Assembly (NCBI RefSeq): GCF_009914755.1
Contig: NC_060937.1
Origin: the human T2T-CHM13v2.0 reference genome, Homo sapiens
Length of the DNA stretch: 64,000 nt
Reading direction: 5' to 3' (one strand)
Below are positions 37,031-50,951 of the stretch, piece after piece. Positions within the stretch are counted from its first letter, which is position 1. Every line of letters begins with the position of its first letter. The position numbers were made by a program, and so were the translations under genes. The notes beneath the pieces were generated by a model that saw only the letters and a program-made list of their open reading frames with translations, made no database searches and had not been told where the DNA came from.

Positions 37031-39010
37031 GGCAACGTTTTAACAACGCAGCCTTGCCCAGGATTTAGAGAATAAGGGCAGTTGCAACCGTTTGTGGTGG
37101 TTTCCCATGACTGGGAAGGAGAATGAATGGAGAGATCAGTGAATTACTTCCTTTTCTTTTGCATAAGATCAAAACCACTTAAAATTAATCCTGCAGTAGA
37201 CTATTGGTTTTGGGTGTGTATGTGTGTAAGAAATACACATGAAATGTGATTCACTGGCTTAATGGTAATAGTATAGAGGGGCAGATGCTGAACTGAATTG
37301 AACTGAATTGTAGCCATAGCACAAATTGATCACATTCTCTTTGAATATCAATATCATTCATTTCAATTCTCAAAGTATTTTTTTTAAGGATGTATTATGT
37401 GTCTGATAGTGTGTGCATGTTCCTTAGAGGATTGAAAAAAAAATATATGGCAAAGTACCAGCACTTAGAAATCTCTGGTATGGTATAGTTAATACTTACT
37501 GTGAAACAAAGAGCCAAAGAATATAAGAAACTGTACAATAAAATGCTAAATTAAACATAAAATTAAATACCCAAATATATACTACATGATTTCAGGATGA
37601 ATGACCTGAAGGGAAAAGAAAGAGGTGGACAGTTATCAAGGAAGGCTTCATGAAGGAAGAGCTGACTAGAGCCAGGCGTTGAGGGATTTGAAGCAAAATG
37701 GAGAAAACGGTGTGAATTTCATTTTCTTCATTACGGGTCTCTTAGGTATCAGCCTGAGCAAAGCAATTAAGTCAAGAATTCGTTTATTCATTCATTAACC
37801 AAGCAAATGTAATAGGTGTTAGATTTCTGGTAGGGAGAGAAGTAAGCATGATATGTACAATGACAACGAAGAAGCTTACTTGGTAGAACAGAGAGTCTGA
37901 TAGGAGTTGTTAGGAAACAGACAGAGAGAGCAAATATCTGGACACCCTGAGAGACAGAAGTCAGTGGCTCATGAGAAACTGTTCTAAAGTTTTGAAGAAG
38001 AGAAACATACAAGAAAAGTGGTATTAGAGAAAAATTAATCCAGAAGTGTACTCAGGATCCTTGGTGGCAGGTTAGTACACACATGCACACACATATATAA
38101 TCTGCTTACTTGAAAAACTGGTTTGGCCATGCTAAATCTTCAAGAAAAACAGTATTTAAACATGGCAATGAATACACTCGCAGGCAAAAACGGTCCATAA
38201 TCCCTGACTCTGGTTTTCAGTTGATATCAGATAGCCCCATTCTAGCCCCTTTCTAGGAAATTTTTTGTAATCCCATCATCAAACATAACGTAGATTGGGT
38301 TTTCCATTACCATTAAAAAGAAAATACCAAGAAGTTTTTCATCGGCACCCAGAAATCCATGTGGTTAAAGAGGGGATTTTTTTTTTCTCTTGGAGACATA
38401 AGGCAACGGGCCAAGAAAGGAAAATCCTTTCAATGCAACAAAGAAAAGTCAAACAGCTTGTTATGCTTCACTGCTAACAAAAAAAAAAGAAAAAAAAAAG
38501 GAGAGACCAAATCTTATTTTCCTACTGTCAGACAAAAGGTCTCAGTCTTTAAGGAATCTGTGACACTCAAGCTAATTAGAATAAATCTGTCCTAAATTGC
38601 AATTGGCTTCATTACATGATCAAAAAAAAAAAAATCAGAAAAACTCTCTAGGGGAAAAATGTGAAAATTGCCAAAGAATGGCTTTAATTTTAGATTATCA
38701 GGAAGAATTTCACACAGCAGCAAACATAATTCCACTAAAGCTGCATGAAAATACTATCTACCTAAACAACTATAAATCTTTTCTTGCAAAATAACAGTAA
38801 ATGCCATAGTTCTAATGAATAAAAATGAAGTTTAAATCTATATCCAGTACCAGTATTAGCTTGGCTGCTAACAGAGTAGGTCTAAATCTTAGTTTATGGC
38901 CATATTGCTCAGCTCCAGAGCCTGTGGATTTGTTTTTCCCATTATGAGTGCATCAAATATGAAAGCAACCTTCCCAACCATCAATCACTTAAAGAAAAGG
39001 AGATGTCTTA

Positions 39011-39120
39011 GCGGGGTGCAGTGGCTCATGCCTGTAACCCAGTGACTGGGGAGGCAGAGGGCAGGAGTTCAAGACCAGCCTGGGCAACATAGCAAGATCC
39101 TGTCTCTACAAAAGAAAAAA
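39011..39120 (+). mobile_element. FLAM (free left Alu monomer) with internal deletion
   Basis: Monomeric Alu; identical flanks taaagaaaaggagatgtctta at 38990-39010 and 39121-39141. Confidence 0.9.
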
Positions 39121-39958
39121 TAAAGAAAAGGAGATGTCTTACTCTTAACCAAAACGCTGCCTATTGGCACACTAGATGTTTCAGCCTAGTAGAGGTGGGC
39201 TGGCTGAGACTTCAGAATGTGGCTGTAGCATCTGAGACCATATTGTTCTTTCCTGATGTTCCATAGTTATCGATAGGGACAGTGCCAGACATGAGAATGT
39301 GATTAGGAAAACAGTTCAGAAACGCTAGACAGAAAAATTTATTGTAGCCAACCTAACAACTACAGTGATTTCAGTAGTTTGGTTCTACAATGTCTGGAGA
39401 AATGAAAATTATCACTCTGAATAACCCCTAGCCAACTTTTACTAGCCATCCCTAGCTTGTTATACAGCTGCTCCTACAATTGCTCTTGTAAGAAGGTGAC
39501 ATCGAAGGCAACTATGGGTTGACAAACTAAAGAACTGGCTTTTGCTGTTTGCGACATTGATAGCAGTTGTGGGTAGAAAGGAATTTAGATGATCAGACAT
39601 TACCACACCACATGCTTTTTCTAGTGCTGATATGCTGGCTGTCTCTTTGCTCTCTGAATGGTGACTGCAAGCCGATCACAAAATCTGATCTTTCTCTTAC
39701 ACAGTGTAGACAGTGTTGAGCATGTCCCCTCCCATGGTTCTAGGTTCTAGGTTTATCTACACTTAGGTGTGGCCATATCACTATGCTTTTGGCAAAACAA
39801 TGTAGGCAGAAGTGATGGATGTCTTTTTAGTCTTATAATGAAATAAGACTGTGCCTTAAAACCATGAACATATCTGTTCCATGCTCTCTTTCTTTTTTCT
39901 TCTTGCTGCAACCCAGACAAGGCAGCAGTTCAGCATTGTGATTGCCCCAGAGGATGCC

Positions 39959-40300
39959 TGTATTAGTTCGTTTTTACACTGCTATAAAGTAATACCCGAG
40001 ACTGGGTAAAGGAAAGAGGTTTAATTGACTCAGTTTCACATAGCTGAGGAGGCCTCAGGAAACTTACAATCATAGCAGAAGGGGAAGTAGGCACCAACCT
40101 ATTCACAAGGCGGCAGGAGAGAAAGCATGAAGGAGGAACTGTCAAAAACTTATAAAACCATCAGATCTTATGAAAGCTCACTATCACGAGAATAGCAGGA
40201 GGGGAACCGCCCCCATGATCCAATCACCTCCCTCCCTGAAAATGTGGGGCTTACAATTCAAGATGAGATTTGGATGGGGACACAGAGCCAAACAATATCA
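39959..40300 (-). mobile_element. THE1 (C/D-like) solo LTR inserted in an older MLT1
   Basis: tgtattagttcgtttttacactgcta...ggggacacagagccaaacaatatca; 5-bp TSD atgcc at 39954-39958 and 40301-40305. Confidence 0.9.
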
Positions 40301-40907
40301 ATGCCGGAACATGAAATTAGCAGAAATCTAGATACCAAATTAACTTCAAGGAGTAGAGTCACCCTACTGACCTGCAACTATCCTCTGAGCAAGGAACCAT
40401 CTTCTATATTCTTTAAGACTGTCTCTTGAAGTTTAGTTTTATCCCAAATAATATGCCCTATACAGCCTAGATATCCACATTTGTCAGTTAGTTAATTAAC
40501 TTTATACTAATTTATTAATTAAAAACAGCTTTGAATATTCAATACCTTGCCATTCTGGACCAAAAATAAGCAAATTTCATTTGTACCTGTTAAACAAACT
40601 TACGTGAGCTGTGCTTTCCCAGTGATATATTTTCCTTGAGGCTGTTCCCTTCATCTGAATGACATCCTTGAACATCTGCAGTTGTTCCAAGTTATCATAA
40701 TTATAAGTTTTGAGAGGAAAGCGTATATGGCAAAGCAATTTCTTATTTCGGTTGGAATTATAAGTGAGCTAGAATAGACCAGAATTTTAAAAATAATAAT
40801 AAGGAGGTCCTTGCCCTTTGAAATATTAAAATGCTTTCGAAAAACTACAATCGTTTTTTAAAGGGAGATACTGGCCAGAGAACAGACAGATAACAAGATG
40901 AGACAGA

Positions 40908-41128
40908 ATACACACACATATACACGCACACACACACACACATATACACACACATATATATACACATACACACACATTTATACACAGATATACACACATA
41001 CCCATATACACATACATATATGCACACATAAACACATATACACATATATATACACACACATATATAAGCACATATATACACACACAAATTTTATATATAT
41101 ACACACATACATGTATGTATATATGTAT
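40908..41128. repeat. Compound (CA/TA)n microsatellite
   Basis: ~220 bp of imperfect alternating CA/TA, flanked on the right by L1M-like remnants (41130-41570). Confidence 0.95.
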
Positions 41129-42206
41129 AGGTTAAGGCAGCATCTCAGATCAAGAAAAAAGATTAGGGGTTAATGGTGCTGGAATAACTAGTTCTCCATT
41201 TGGAAAAAGCAGCAAAAACCAATCTCTACCTCATTTGATATAGCAAAATTATTTCCAGACCAAAAAATGGCTTACATGAAAAAAATAAATAAATATCAGA
41301 GCATTTATCACAGGAAAGTGATGAAAATTTGGAAAATGTATACAGAAGATATCCATGTCTTTAAGACACCTAAAGTTCTTACAAGTTATTTAGAAAAAGA
41401 GGTACCAATAGAAACATAAATAAAGGATTAGAATAACCACATCATAGCATAATCAGTTAAAATCGACGGTGGGCATATAAAGATTTCAGCTTCAGTAGCA
41501 ATTCAAAATTTCAACTCAAAACGAAAATGAGAGGTTATATGTCAACTATCAGATTGGTAAGAAAACACATTGCAATAGCAGGGCAACTTGCAGATTGGAA
41601 AAGTGAATGCAAATTAAGGTTTATGGAACTCCCCTCCCACTGGGACCACCTATGCCACGACAGCAGCATGTCTTCTACAGACCTACAGAATCTCTAAGTC
41701 TCCCCAGTGTTCTAAATCTTGGGGCTTAGATGTACCTTTAATTCACACCTACAGTTACCTATTATTTTTGCTATTCCTACCTGGGATTCTAGGTCCTTCC
41801 TGTTGCTCATTACTTCAAATATGATTAGGCACATAAGATGTTAGAGAAATATCGCCCACTGTCAAATAATGACTTCCTTTCTGCTAGAATTAAATCACAA
41901 CTCCATAAACCAGGTTTCTTGGCTAATTGGGAAAAGAAGGCTTAAGGAGTCGGGATGCAGTTGGGATGAATTGCAGGCCCACACGAGAATATCATTGGTA
42001 ATTAGGTCACCTCTGCTTAAGTATCCTTCTCCTTACTTTATCCCCTCTTCGGATCATCTGCCTGCAAGACAGACCTTGCTTCTTTTCACAACGCCTTTCA
42101 CATAAGACTGCATTTGTACCATTTGCCATTTTCTCAGGATAAGCAAATCAATCAAACTTATCCCTATTAATGAGGTAGTGGGTGTATCTATTAACTCTAT
42201 TCTTAA

Positions 42207-42632
<426 letters not shown>

Positions 42633-42786
42633 ACCAAATCCAATTTCTAGCCAGCAAAAACTATTAATTCAGAATATCTGGCACTGGGGCTTGGGCACAC
42701 TTCGTTGTTCGTTTGCTTTGGTTTGAATGCTTCGAAGGTGATTCTGATGTTAATGTGCAGCAAAGCTGGCAAATCAATCCCTAGGG

Positions 42787-42972
42787 CAGTGGCTCTCAAA
42801 ATGTGGTCTCCAAATCAGCGGCATCGGGATCACCTGGGAACTTGTTAGAAATGCAGATTCTCAGGGTCCACCCCAAGCCTACTGAATCAGGATTCCAAAG
42901 GTGAGGCCCAGGACTGCTTTAGCAATGCCTCCAGGATATTCTGACGCGAATGCTCAAGTTTGAGAACCACTG
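42787..42972 (+). mobile_element. MER5A
   Basis: TIRs cagtggctctcaaa / tttgagaaccactg; internal tcacctgggaacttgttagaaatgcagattctcagg; orientation uncertain. Confidence 0.9.
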
Positions 42973-43479
42973 CAAGAGGACAGTCATTCCACGATATTTT
43001 GTGAGTCTTTCCTGTGCCCAGGCACTCTGTCTATAAAGATAAATTGGAAGTGAGCTTCTAATTTGGCATGGTATCATCGGGAAAGAATAACAACGTACTA
43101 TAATAGTCCAGAGGAAGAAAGGATTAAGCCTCACTGTGGGAAGGCTTTCCACACAGCCCTTTCAGCAGCCTCTCAAATTATTACGCTGCTTTAGGATTTG
43201 ACGGTGACCATGGACAACGCAACGTCAGGTGGGCTTTTACAGACTATAGACTGGCGATCTTAAACCCCAAATGTCCCGTTTACTTTCCATCTTCTGATGA
43301 CAATGATCTGATGAGAGTTACACATCGTGAGCCCAAGAACAGGAGGTGTTATGGCAAGCGGCATTGCCTTCTGTTCCGAAGCCACTCATCAGCTCCACCC
43401 CACCCCATCCCCAGTGTCTTTCCAAAGTGGCTCAGTCAAGTTTTGCCGAAATTAAAGGCTCTGGCTTCACTCCCTGAAG

Positions 43480-44050
43480 CACAGCATTGAGCTGGCGGCC
43501 AGGGCCAAACCTAAGCTAGAGTCCGACAGAGCCGCCCAGTCACCCCACCCACTCATAGCCCCTTCCCGGGAACCCCCGGTGTGCACTGTCCCTCGCCGGC
43601 CCCGGGCGCCTTGACAAGGGAGACCAGCTCCTCCGGCACAACCCGGAAGGAAGGGTAAAGGGCCAGCAAGAAGGGAGAAGAAGCGAAAGGGCCGATCTTC
43701 TGTTGTTTTCCACGTCCGGTGGACGGCGCCTCTCCTCGGGCGCTTGCCCCGGTGCCCGCGGGCCTGGGAGCGCCTCTATGTCCGCCGCTGGGCGCGTCCT
43801 CCGCGAGCGCGCAGTGCCCAGCCCCGAGGGGACGCTGGGACTGCCCTCCGCCCAGGAACGGACAATCTGCGTTCACAACTGAGTCTGGGGCCTCCCAGAC
43901 TCCCACGGGGAAACGGCGAGCCCGGCATTGGTGGTCCCCGCTGGCCGGATCTCACCCAGCTCAGCGCAATCTTGTGCGCCGGGAGCCGCGGGCCCAAGCG
44001 AAAGGGACGCGCTAGCCCAGGAAGGAGGGCGGGGCGCAGGGGTGCAGGCA
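43480..44050. promoter_or_regulatory. CpG island / probable promoter of an unidentified gene or lncRNA
   Basis: Abrupt GC- and CpG-rich unique segment in an AT-rich background; Sp1 GC box GGGCGGGGC near 44027; CCAAT (minus) near 43927; candidate minus-strand donor TGG|GTGAGA at 43956/43955. Confidence 0.8.
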
Positions 44051-44500
44051 CCTCTGGGCTTCCTTTCCCCTTTATTTCTTATCCCATTCCCTCTCCTCTT
44101 CCTTCTCCCCTTCGATCCTTCCATCCTTCCCACTCTTCTCGATCTTTCTGCAGCTCTCCTCCCAGATGCTCCCTGAAACAGTGGGAGGAGGAGCCACCGC
44201 CCTGCCGCCCTTTTGACTTTGAACATTCCTGATGGCCCCTTCCAAACTGGGTTGGAAAAGAAAAATCAAAGGATCGGGCTTCTAGAAAGAGTCATACCCC
44301 ATTCACTCCCACACATGCACACCTGGAAACAGTAGTCCAAGAGAAACATCAACCCTGGGCGAAATTTTCAAGTGATTACATCATTGCCCTTCTGAGATCG
44401 CGCACACACACCGCCAAGCAGGCATGCGCACATCCATGTGCTCACCCTCTGCGGGACCCAGCCGCTCCCCACAGATGGCATTTTATGTGCTATGTCTTTC

Positions 44501-44501
44501 C

Positions 44502-44534
<33 letters not shown>

Positions 44535-44708
44535 CATACATATATTTATTTATTATACTTTAAGTTCTACGGTACATGTGCACAACGTGCAGGTTTGTTA
44601 CATATGTATACATGTGCTATGTTGGTGTGCTGCACCCATTAACTCGTCATTTACATTAGGTATATCTCCTAATGCTATCCCTCCCCTGAGAAATGAACAA
44701 TGAAGACA
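44501..44708 (-). mobile_element. Very short L1PA (approx. PA3-PA5) 3'-end insertion with (TA)n tail
   Basis: Reverse complement of L1 3' end GGGGAGGGATAGCATTAGGAGATATACCTAATGTAAATGACGAG...AACTTAAAGTATAATAAA; perfect 17-bp TSD tatgtgctatgtctttc at 44484-44500 and 44709-44725. Confidence 0.92.
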
Positions 44709-45294
44709 TATGTGCTATGTCTTTCTGCATCAAATGGATACTCTCCTGTCTCGTTTTCTCCAGGGCCTGCCAGGTGACTGGGATATATCCGCTCCACCTC
44801 CACTTAGCCTAAGCCTGCCCTTGTCTCTCCCTCTTCTCCCACCAAATCTCCCCCCTTACCCTGTCCTTCATTTTTGGATATATTCATTAAAAACAAGTAA
44901 AAGGAGTCCACAAACTTCTCGTAGTTATTTTATACTAAAAATTCTCTTCTCTTTAGGTCTCAGTGTGCTAATAAACATAGAGCCTCCAGATATACTCTAT
45001 TAATCCCACTATTTCTCCCGAGGACCCTTTGACTTTGAGATCTTGCTGGCAGGGGGCACCTGTGTGTTGAAAGGGATCAGACTAGACCCTGGAGTAATAG
45101 AAGTTAAACTTCTATACCCATAACTTAAAAACATGTCTTAGCTTATCAGGTATTGCCCAGCACACAGCATAGGGTATCCCTGAAAGGGTACTTAGTAGAT
45201 ATCTTTTGTAGGAAGGAGGGGTTCTAGAGCAAGGTAGAGAGCAATGGTATTCCGTCCTGACTGCACATAATATTCACCAGGGAGCCATGTAGGG

Positions 45295-45337
45295 GTGTGT
45301 GCGTGTGTATGTGTGTGTGTGTGCGCGCGCGCACATG
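45295..45337. repeat. Alternating purine-pyrimidine (GT)n(GC)n tract
   Basis: 43 bp of uninterrupted alternation including gcgcgcgcgc. Confidence 0.9.
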
Positions 45338-45521
45338 AGCGCAAGTGTACACACAGCACCAGGGATAGGACCTGGATATATATTAATCATTTAAAAATAT
45401 AAAAACCATTCTTATGCTCTGGGATGAAGCCTGGACATAATTTGGGGAGTTTTGTTTTGCTTTTTTTTTTAATTCCTTTGGTGATTCTAAGATACCGTTA
45501 TGATTAAGAAGCGCTGCTAAA

Positions 45522-45710
45522 AGCCTTCTCAAAACACAGTTCCAAGACCAGCAGTATCGTCATAACCTGGAAGCTGGTGAGAAACGCAGATTCTCAGGTC
45601 ACACCCCAGACAGACTGAATCAGGAACTCTGGAGGTGAGGCCCAGTGATCTGTGTTTCAACAAGCCCTCCAGATGATTCTGATGCACACTAAAGTTTGAC
45701 AACCAATGAG
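45522..45710 (+). mobile_element. MER5A, with MER5B-like and MER58-like remnants on either side
   Basis: gtgagaaacgcagattctcaggtc...gactgaatcaggaactctggaggtgaggcccag...caagccctccagatgattctgatgcacactaaagtttga. Confidence 0.85.
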
Positions 45711-47275
45711 GGTTGTCTGGTCTACACCATGCTATATCATCCACAGAGCTAAAATAATGTGCCTATTTTAAAAGAACTATATATAAGCAGCAAACAGATA
45801 AGGCTATGCCCACAAAGCCTAAAATATTTACTAGATGGCCCCTTACAGAAAAAAAGATTCCATTCTACACTAGAGGGTCATATGGTGGAGGACCCTGTTA
45901 TCCTACCAGACAATGGCAGTATGAGAGTACTTAGAAGTTTTGTGAATTAGTAAGAGACAGGAGAATGTAGGGAAAGAGAATAGGAAGGTGTCAAGAGTAG
46001 AGAGAGGGAAAGATATTTTTTCTTATTCATATAAAACCAGGCACTTGCTTAAGGGATTTGCTAAAATCACTGGAGGTCAAAGCAAGATTGCCCTCTTTTC
46101 TGTAGATGTGCATAATTTATAAGCATCAAGCAAACAAGTATGGAGGATCTGTCTTTCATATGGCATATGTGAGCCACAGCAGTCTTCCAGGTAGAAGCTG
46201 AAGCAGGCTAGTTCCATTTTTAGTCCACTTCCCTCAGCCCTACCTCTACCTGAAGCTGTTTGTGTGTAGGTTTGCTTTCCCTAGGAGCCCTTCAGTGCCT
46301 CGAAGACAGAAAATAGAAGCTTAATTTTTGTGGTAGGTTGAGCCTGAAGCAGAGTGACAGGCACAGAGTAGGTGCTTAGATATGTACATTTCAATCAATG
46401 TTTGTTTAAAAATTCCCATGCATGGTTCTTTGTAGGAAACAGTGCCAATTCTTCACATATGTGCTAGGTTAGATATCTGGGGAAACTACACCAACTGTCA
46501 GATAAGGAGGAGGCTAAAAAATATGTAATAAAGGCTATGAGGCATCCAAAATAGCGAACATTATATTTTACTAATTGTTAAAAGAAATAATGCCCATCTT
46601 TGATACAACAGGGCAACCATTCATAAACTGGGATCAATCTTTATCCACTCAAAATAAAGTTGGAAAAGCTTATTGCTGGTTAATGTTAGTGCTATTTGTT
46701 CACCTAATAATGGGTCAGCTACCTGCTCATCATTCTTAGTAAGGTATGCAAACTAAATGTATACATGTGGATTTCCATTTTAAAAACTAGACTTACAGCA
46801 TCCATTTTGATTGAATGATACTATTTCCAGGCCTGGATCCCAGCCATTACTAATACTACTTGGCTGTGGTGGGGCTAAATGAATTCTATTAAAAGAGAAA
46901 ATCCTACGTAACAGATATGTTCACAAGTTGCTCTCCATTTAGCGTTCAATCTGTTTAAAAATATGTGATTCTTTTAATCCAGAATTAATGGAAAATTACA
47001 GCATTTCAGTACTGTATTGTGTGCTTTAATAAACAAAATTTTTTGCCAAAAACCTCATATTGTAATTTTTGGAAAAGGCAATCATTTGGGGCTTGGGTAG
47101 TCTCTCTCTGACAATGAAAAACAAATGTTATTGATTCACAAACAAATATTTGTTTCCTCAAACTTATTCCTATCTCATGTTTCAAGGCCACTTCAAGTCA
47201 TTCAGACACCTCACTTGCCATTAAATTAAGAACAGATGTAGCAACACCAGCGTAATCTACTAGAGTGAAACCTTG

Positions 47276-47955
<680 letters not shown>

Positions 47956-48342
47956 CCTTGGTTTTTAAAGATGTAAAAATTCAACCTTGTTCAAGTATAG
48001 AGTACCTAGTTAAATCCAGTGGAAAGCAACTAGCCTATGAAGTCTCATTTACACACGTGATTGTAAAAACACAAAGCTGACTTGAGTCTTTAGCACAGTA
48101 ATAAAAAAAATTACCAAATACCGGTATCCCTTTATGAAAACAATATGAATGTATGAAAGTATAGTTGAGGCTACCTAGGAGGTTGAGATGCTTGCAAATG
48201 CTAAAACATAACATGTTTAAAATGCCGCTAAAGTATAAAAGTTCACCAATAAACATAGCAAAGACCGTAATTTTATTAAAGTTCCACAAAACAAATACAA
48301 TATAAAATTATTGCTCTAAATAATTTGATCAAGTGCTTTTGA

Positions 48343-48679
<337 letters not shown>

Positions 48680-49449
48680 TAATCATGGTGTTTTGCTTCA
48701 TGTTTGCACCCCATTTTCCCAAGGAAGAGGCAAATTACAAAAAAATAAAATTAAAAATGTGGCAGAAAGCAAGATGTACCTTTAAAAAAATACAGAATAT
48801 GCCTCGAGGTCAATACAGATCCAGGCCTCTATTTCAAACTCTCAGTCACCATCTACTCCTAGGTATCTGTAGCCACTAGTATCACATTAATATTCCTATA
48901 GATATTAGTTTGATGAATGTTTTTAAAGGCCATGCTTTCCCCCTGTGGGTGCATATTACTAAGATAAGGGTCTTCCTAGCTGGGACATATAGCCAACTAC
49001 TCCCATAATCAGGTCTACTTAGCATGTTGGGCCTTCCCTGGTTGCCTCTTGATGCTCCTGTCAACACCTACCCAGTTCCCATACTGGACTGGCTCCTTAG
49101 TATATATAGTTCAGCTGAACAGTAATGAAATTCTAGGTTGAAAGATTTCCTTGCTTTGGCCCTCCTCCTCAAAATCAACCCCAAAGGACCAGATTAAATC
49201 TATCCCCATTCAAGAAAATCAGCTATTAGAGCAGACAAGGCAGATTGATTGCATGTCCCACTTTGTGTTTCTGGAAAAATATCCAACATCCTTACAATAT
49301 ATTCCCCTTCAATGAAGCTAGCTTAAATTCCTTTCTCTTTTCTACAACCAAATAACTCCCAAGGCAATAAAGGATTCAAGATGGAATCATGGTCAACAGG
49401 CCGGACCACCTCGGAAAAGTCTAGAAGAAAGTATTATAAGAAAATGTAT

Positions 49450-49937
49450 AGATATCTAAGTTTATCAGAACAGAAACCAGTCAAGAAATAGAACCTCTAT
49501 GAGATAATTACACAGGGCAAAAAAAGTGGTCAAGTGTGGAATTGGAGCGGCAACCCAGGCAATAGCAGGGAGATACTACCACCTATGGGTTTGGAGAACC
49601 AGAGGGAGAAGATAGGGCTAATAGAACATAAGAGTTAGGGCTGCCCATGAGGATGTGGGATTATAGAGGGTGGTGCTGCCTAGCAAAGCTAAAAGTATAG
49701 TTGATACAACTATAGTTAGAAATCCATCCAAAACAGGAAGGTTAGGGGTGAGAGAAATTCCCTGGCTTCTACTCTCTTTCTCTCCTTCTATCTCCTGCCT
49801 CTTTTTCTCACTGGCCAAACCCAGCCGGAAGCTGATTGGATAAGAAGCTAGAGAAATGCAGGTGGCAGGAGTCAATATTATACTACACAGGGCAAAGGGA
49901 GGGAAATGGATCAGAGAGCAAATAAGTTGCCCAGTAA
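49450..49937 (-). mobile_element. LTR33-like ERVL LTR
   Basis: cactggccaaacccagccggaagc...agggaaatggatcagagagcaaata matches recalled antisense LTR33 end. Confidence 0.6.
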
Positions 49938-50404
49938 TCCACCAGTCTCTGATACTGGTTACTAGATCTGCATCGGTAAGCCTGGTAGGTCAAGACTACT
50001 CCAACATGGTCTGTTTTAGTGAGGATTGATTCATAATCAATGATTCAATTGATTGGTCCTGAAGTAGAGAATAGCAGCCATTCACATGATCTCAGTAGTG
50101 GTTGACTCAACTGGATTCACATGCAGACATAAAGTAATCAGAAACCAACTGAAAATGATTTTCCATAGTAGAAGAAACAAAATATGGTTCCTACCTTCAA
50201 TTAACCCTCTGGTTGTAGCAAAATGATGTAAGTCGCACTGTGCTTCAGAGTGGAGAGGAAGGAATAAAAAGTGAGCTAATGTTTATTGAGCTCCTATTAC
50301 GTTCCCTAGGCTAGCCATGTCGGTGCGCCATCTATTTACCCATACTGAGTATGGGTACTGAGGGCTTTATCAACACTGTTTCATTTAGTCATATAAAACC
50401 TTAT

Positions 50405-50951
50405 GTTAGTAGACAATTCTCCATGAGTCTCTGATAATTGTAAACAGGTTATGAGCAAAGTCACTCACAGCTTTAGTTCCAGAGTATCTTCGTATAGCAA
50501 ACAGCCTTGAAAGATAAAATGGTGTCTCCTTCCAGAGCAGAGGGCAGGGGTTGTGTTTGGTTGGTTTTTGTTGTCACTGCTTTTTTTTTTTTCTTCTTCT
50601 TTTCTACTGCCCAATATAATGAAGATAATATCTTAGTCTGGGACAAAGGTCAGGCAGCTTTGCTTGCACACCATAATAAAAGATGTGGATTCTTTAAGCC
50701 TGGAATTCCTGAGCTATGTGACAAACCCACTTAGGACACAGCATCCACCTAGGCTGCTCACCATTACAGAGCAGACTTGGGCGGCAAGGGAACTAGCACG
50801 AATGTGAAGCTCTGGCTGCTCCATATGCCATGAGTCCTCAGTCTTTGGCCCAGGGATCTTTTGTTTTTTGCCAGCATCCATGAAACCGAAGTAGGCTAAC
50901 TTGTTAGCTTGCAAGTAAGATAAAATCTCAGACCCTTCACGTTTCTTGACA
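50405..50951 (+). mobile_element. MER74/MER54/LTR47-group ERVL LTR
   Basis: tgttagtagacaattctccatgagtctct...gctaacttgttagcttgcaagtaagataaaatctcagacccttcacgtttcttgaca. Confidence 0.75.

Noticed and set aside
40826-41173. ORFs rich in VCVY / THTY
   Set aside because: Translation of a CA/TA microsatellite.
42062-42140. HKTAFVPF resembling the Gypsy RT 'KTAFxTPF' motif
   Set aside because: Isolated; no LDL upstream or MPFGL/YxDD downstream.
43553-44269. Several overlapping 65-162 aa ORFs on both strands
   Set aside because: Pro/Arg/Gly/Ala-rich with no recognisable family; expected from stop-codon scarcity in a CpG island.
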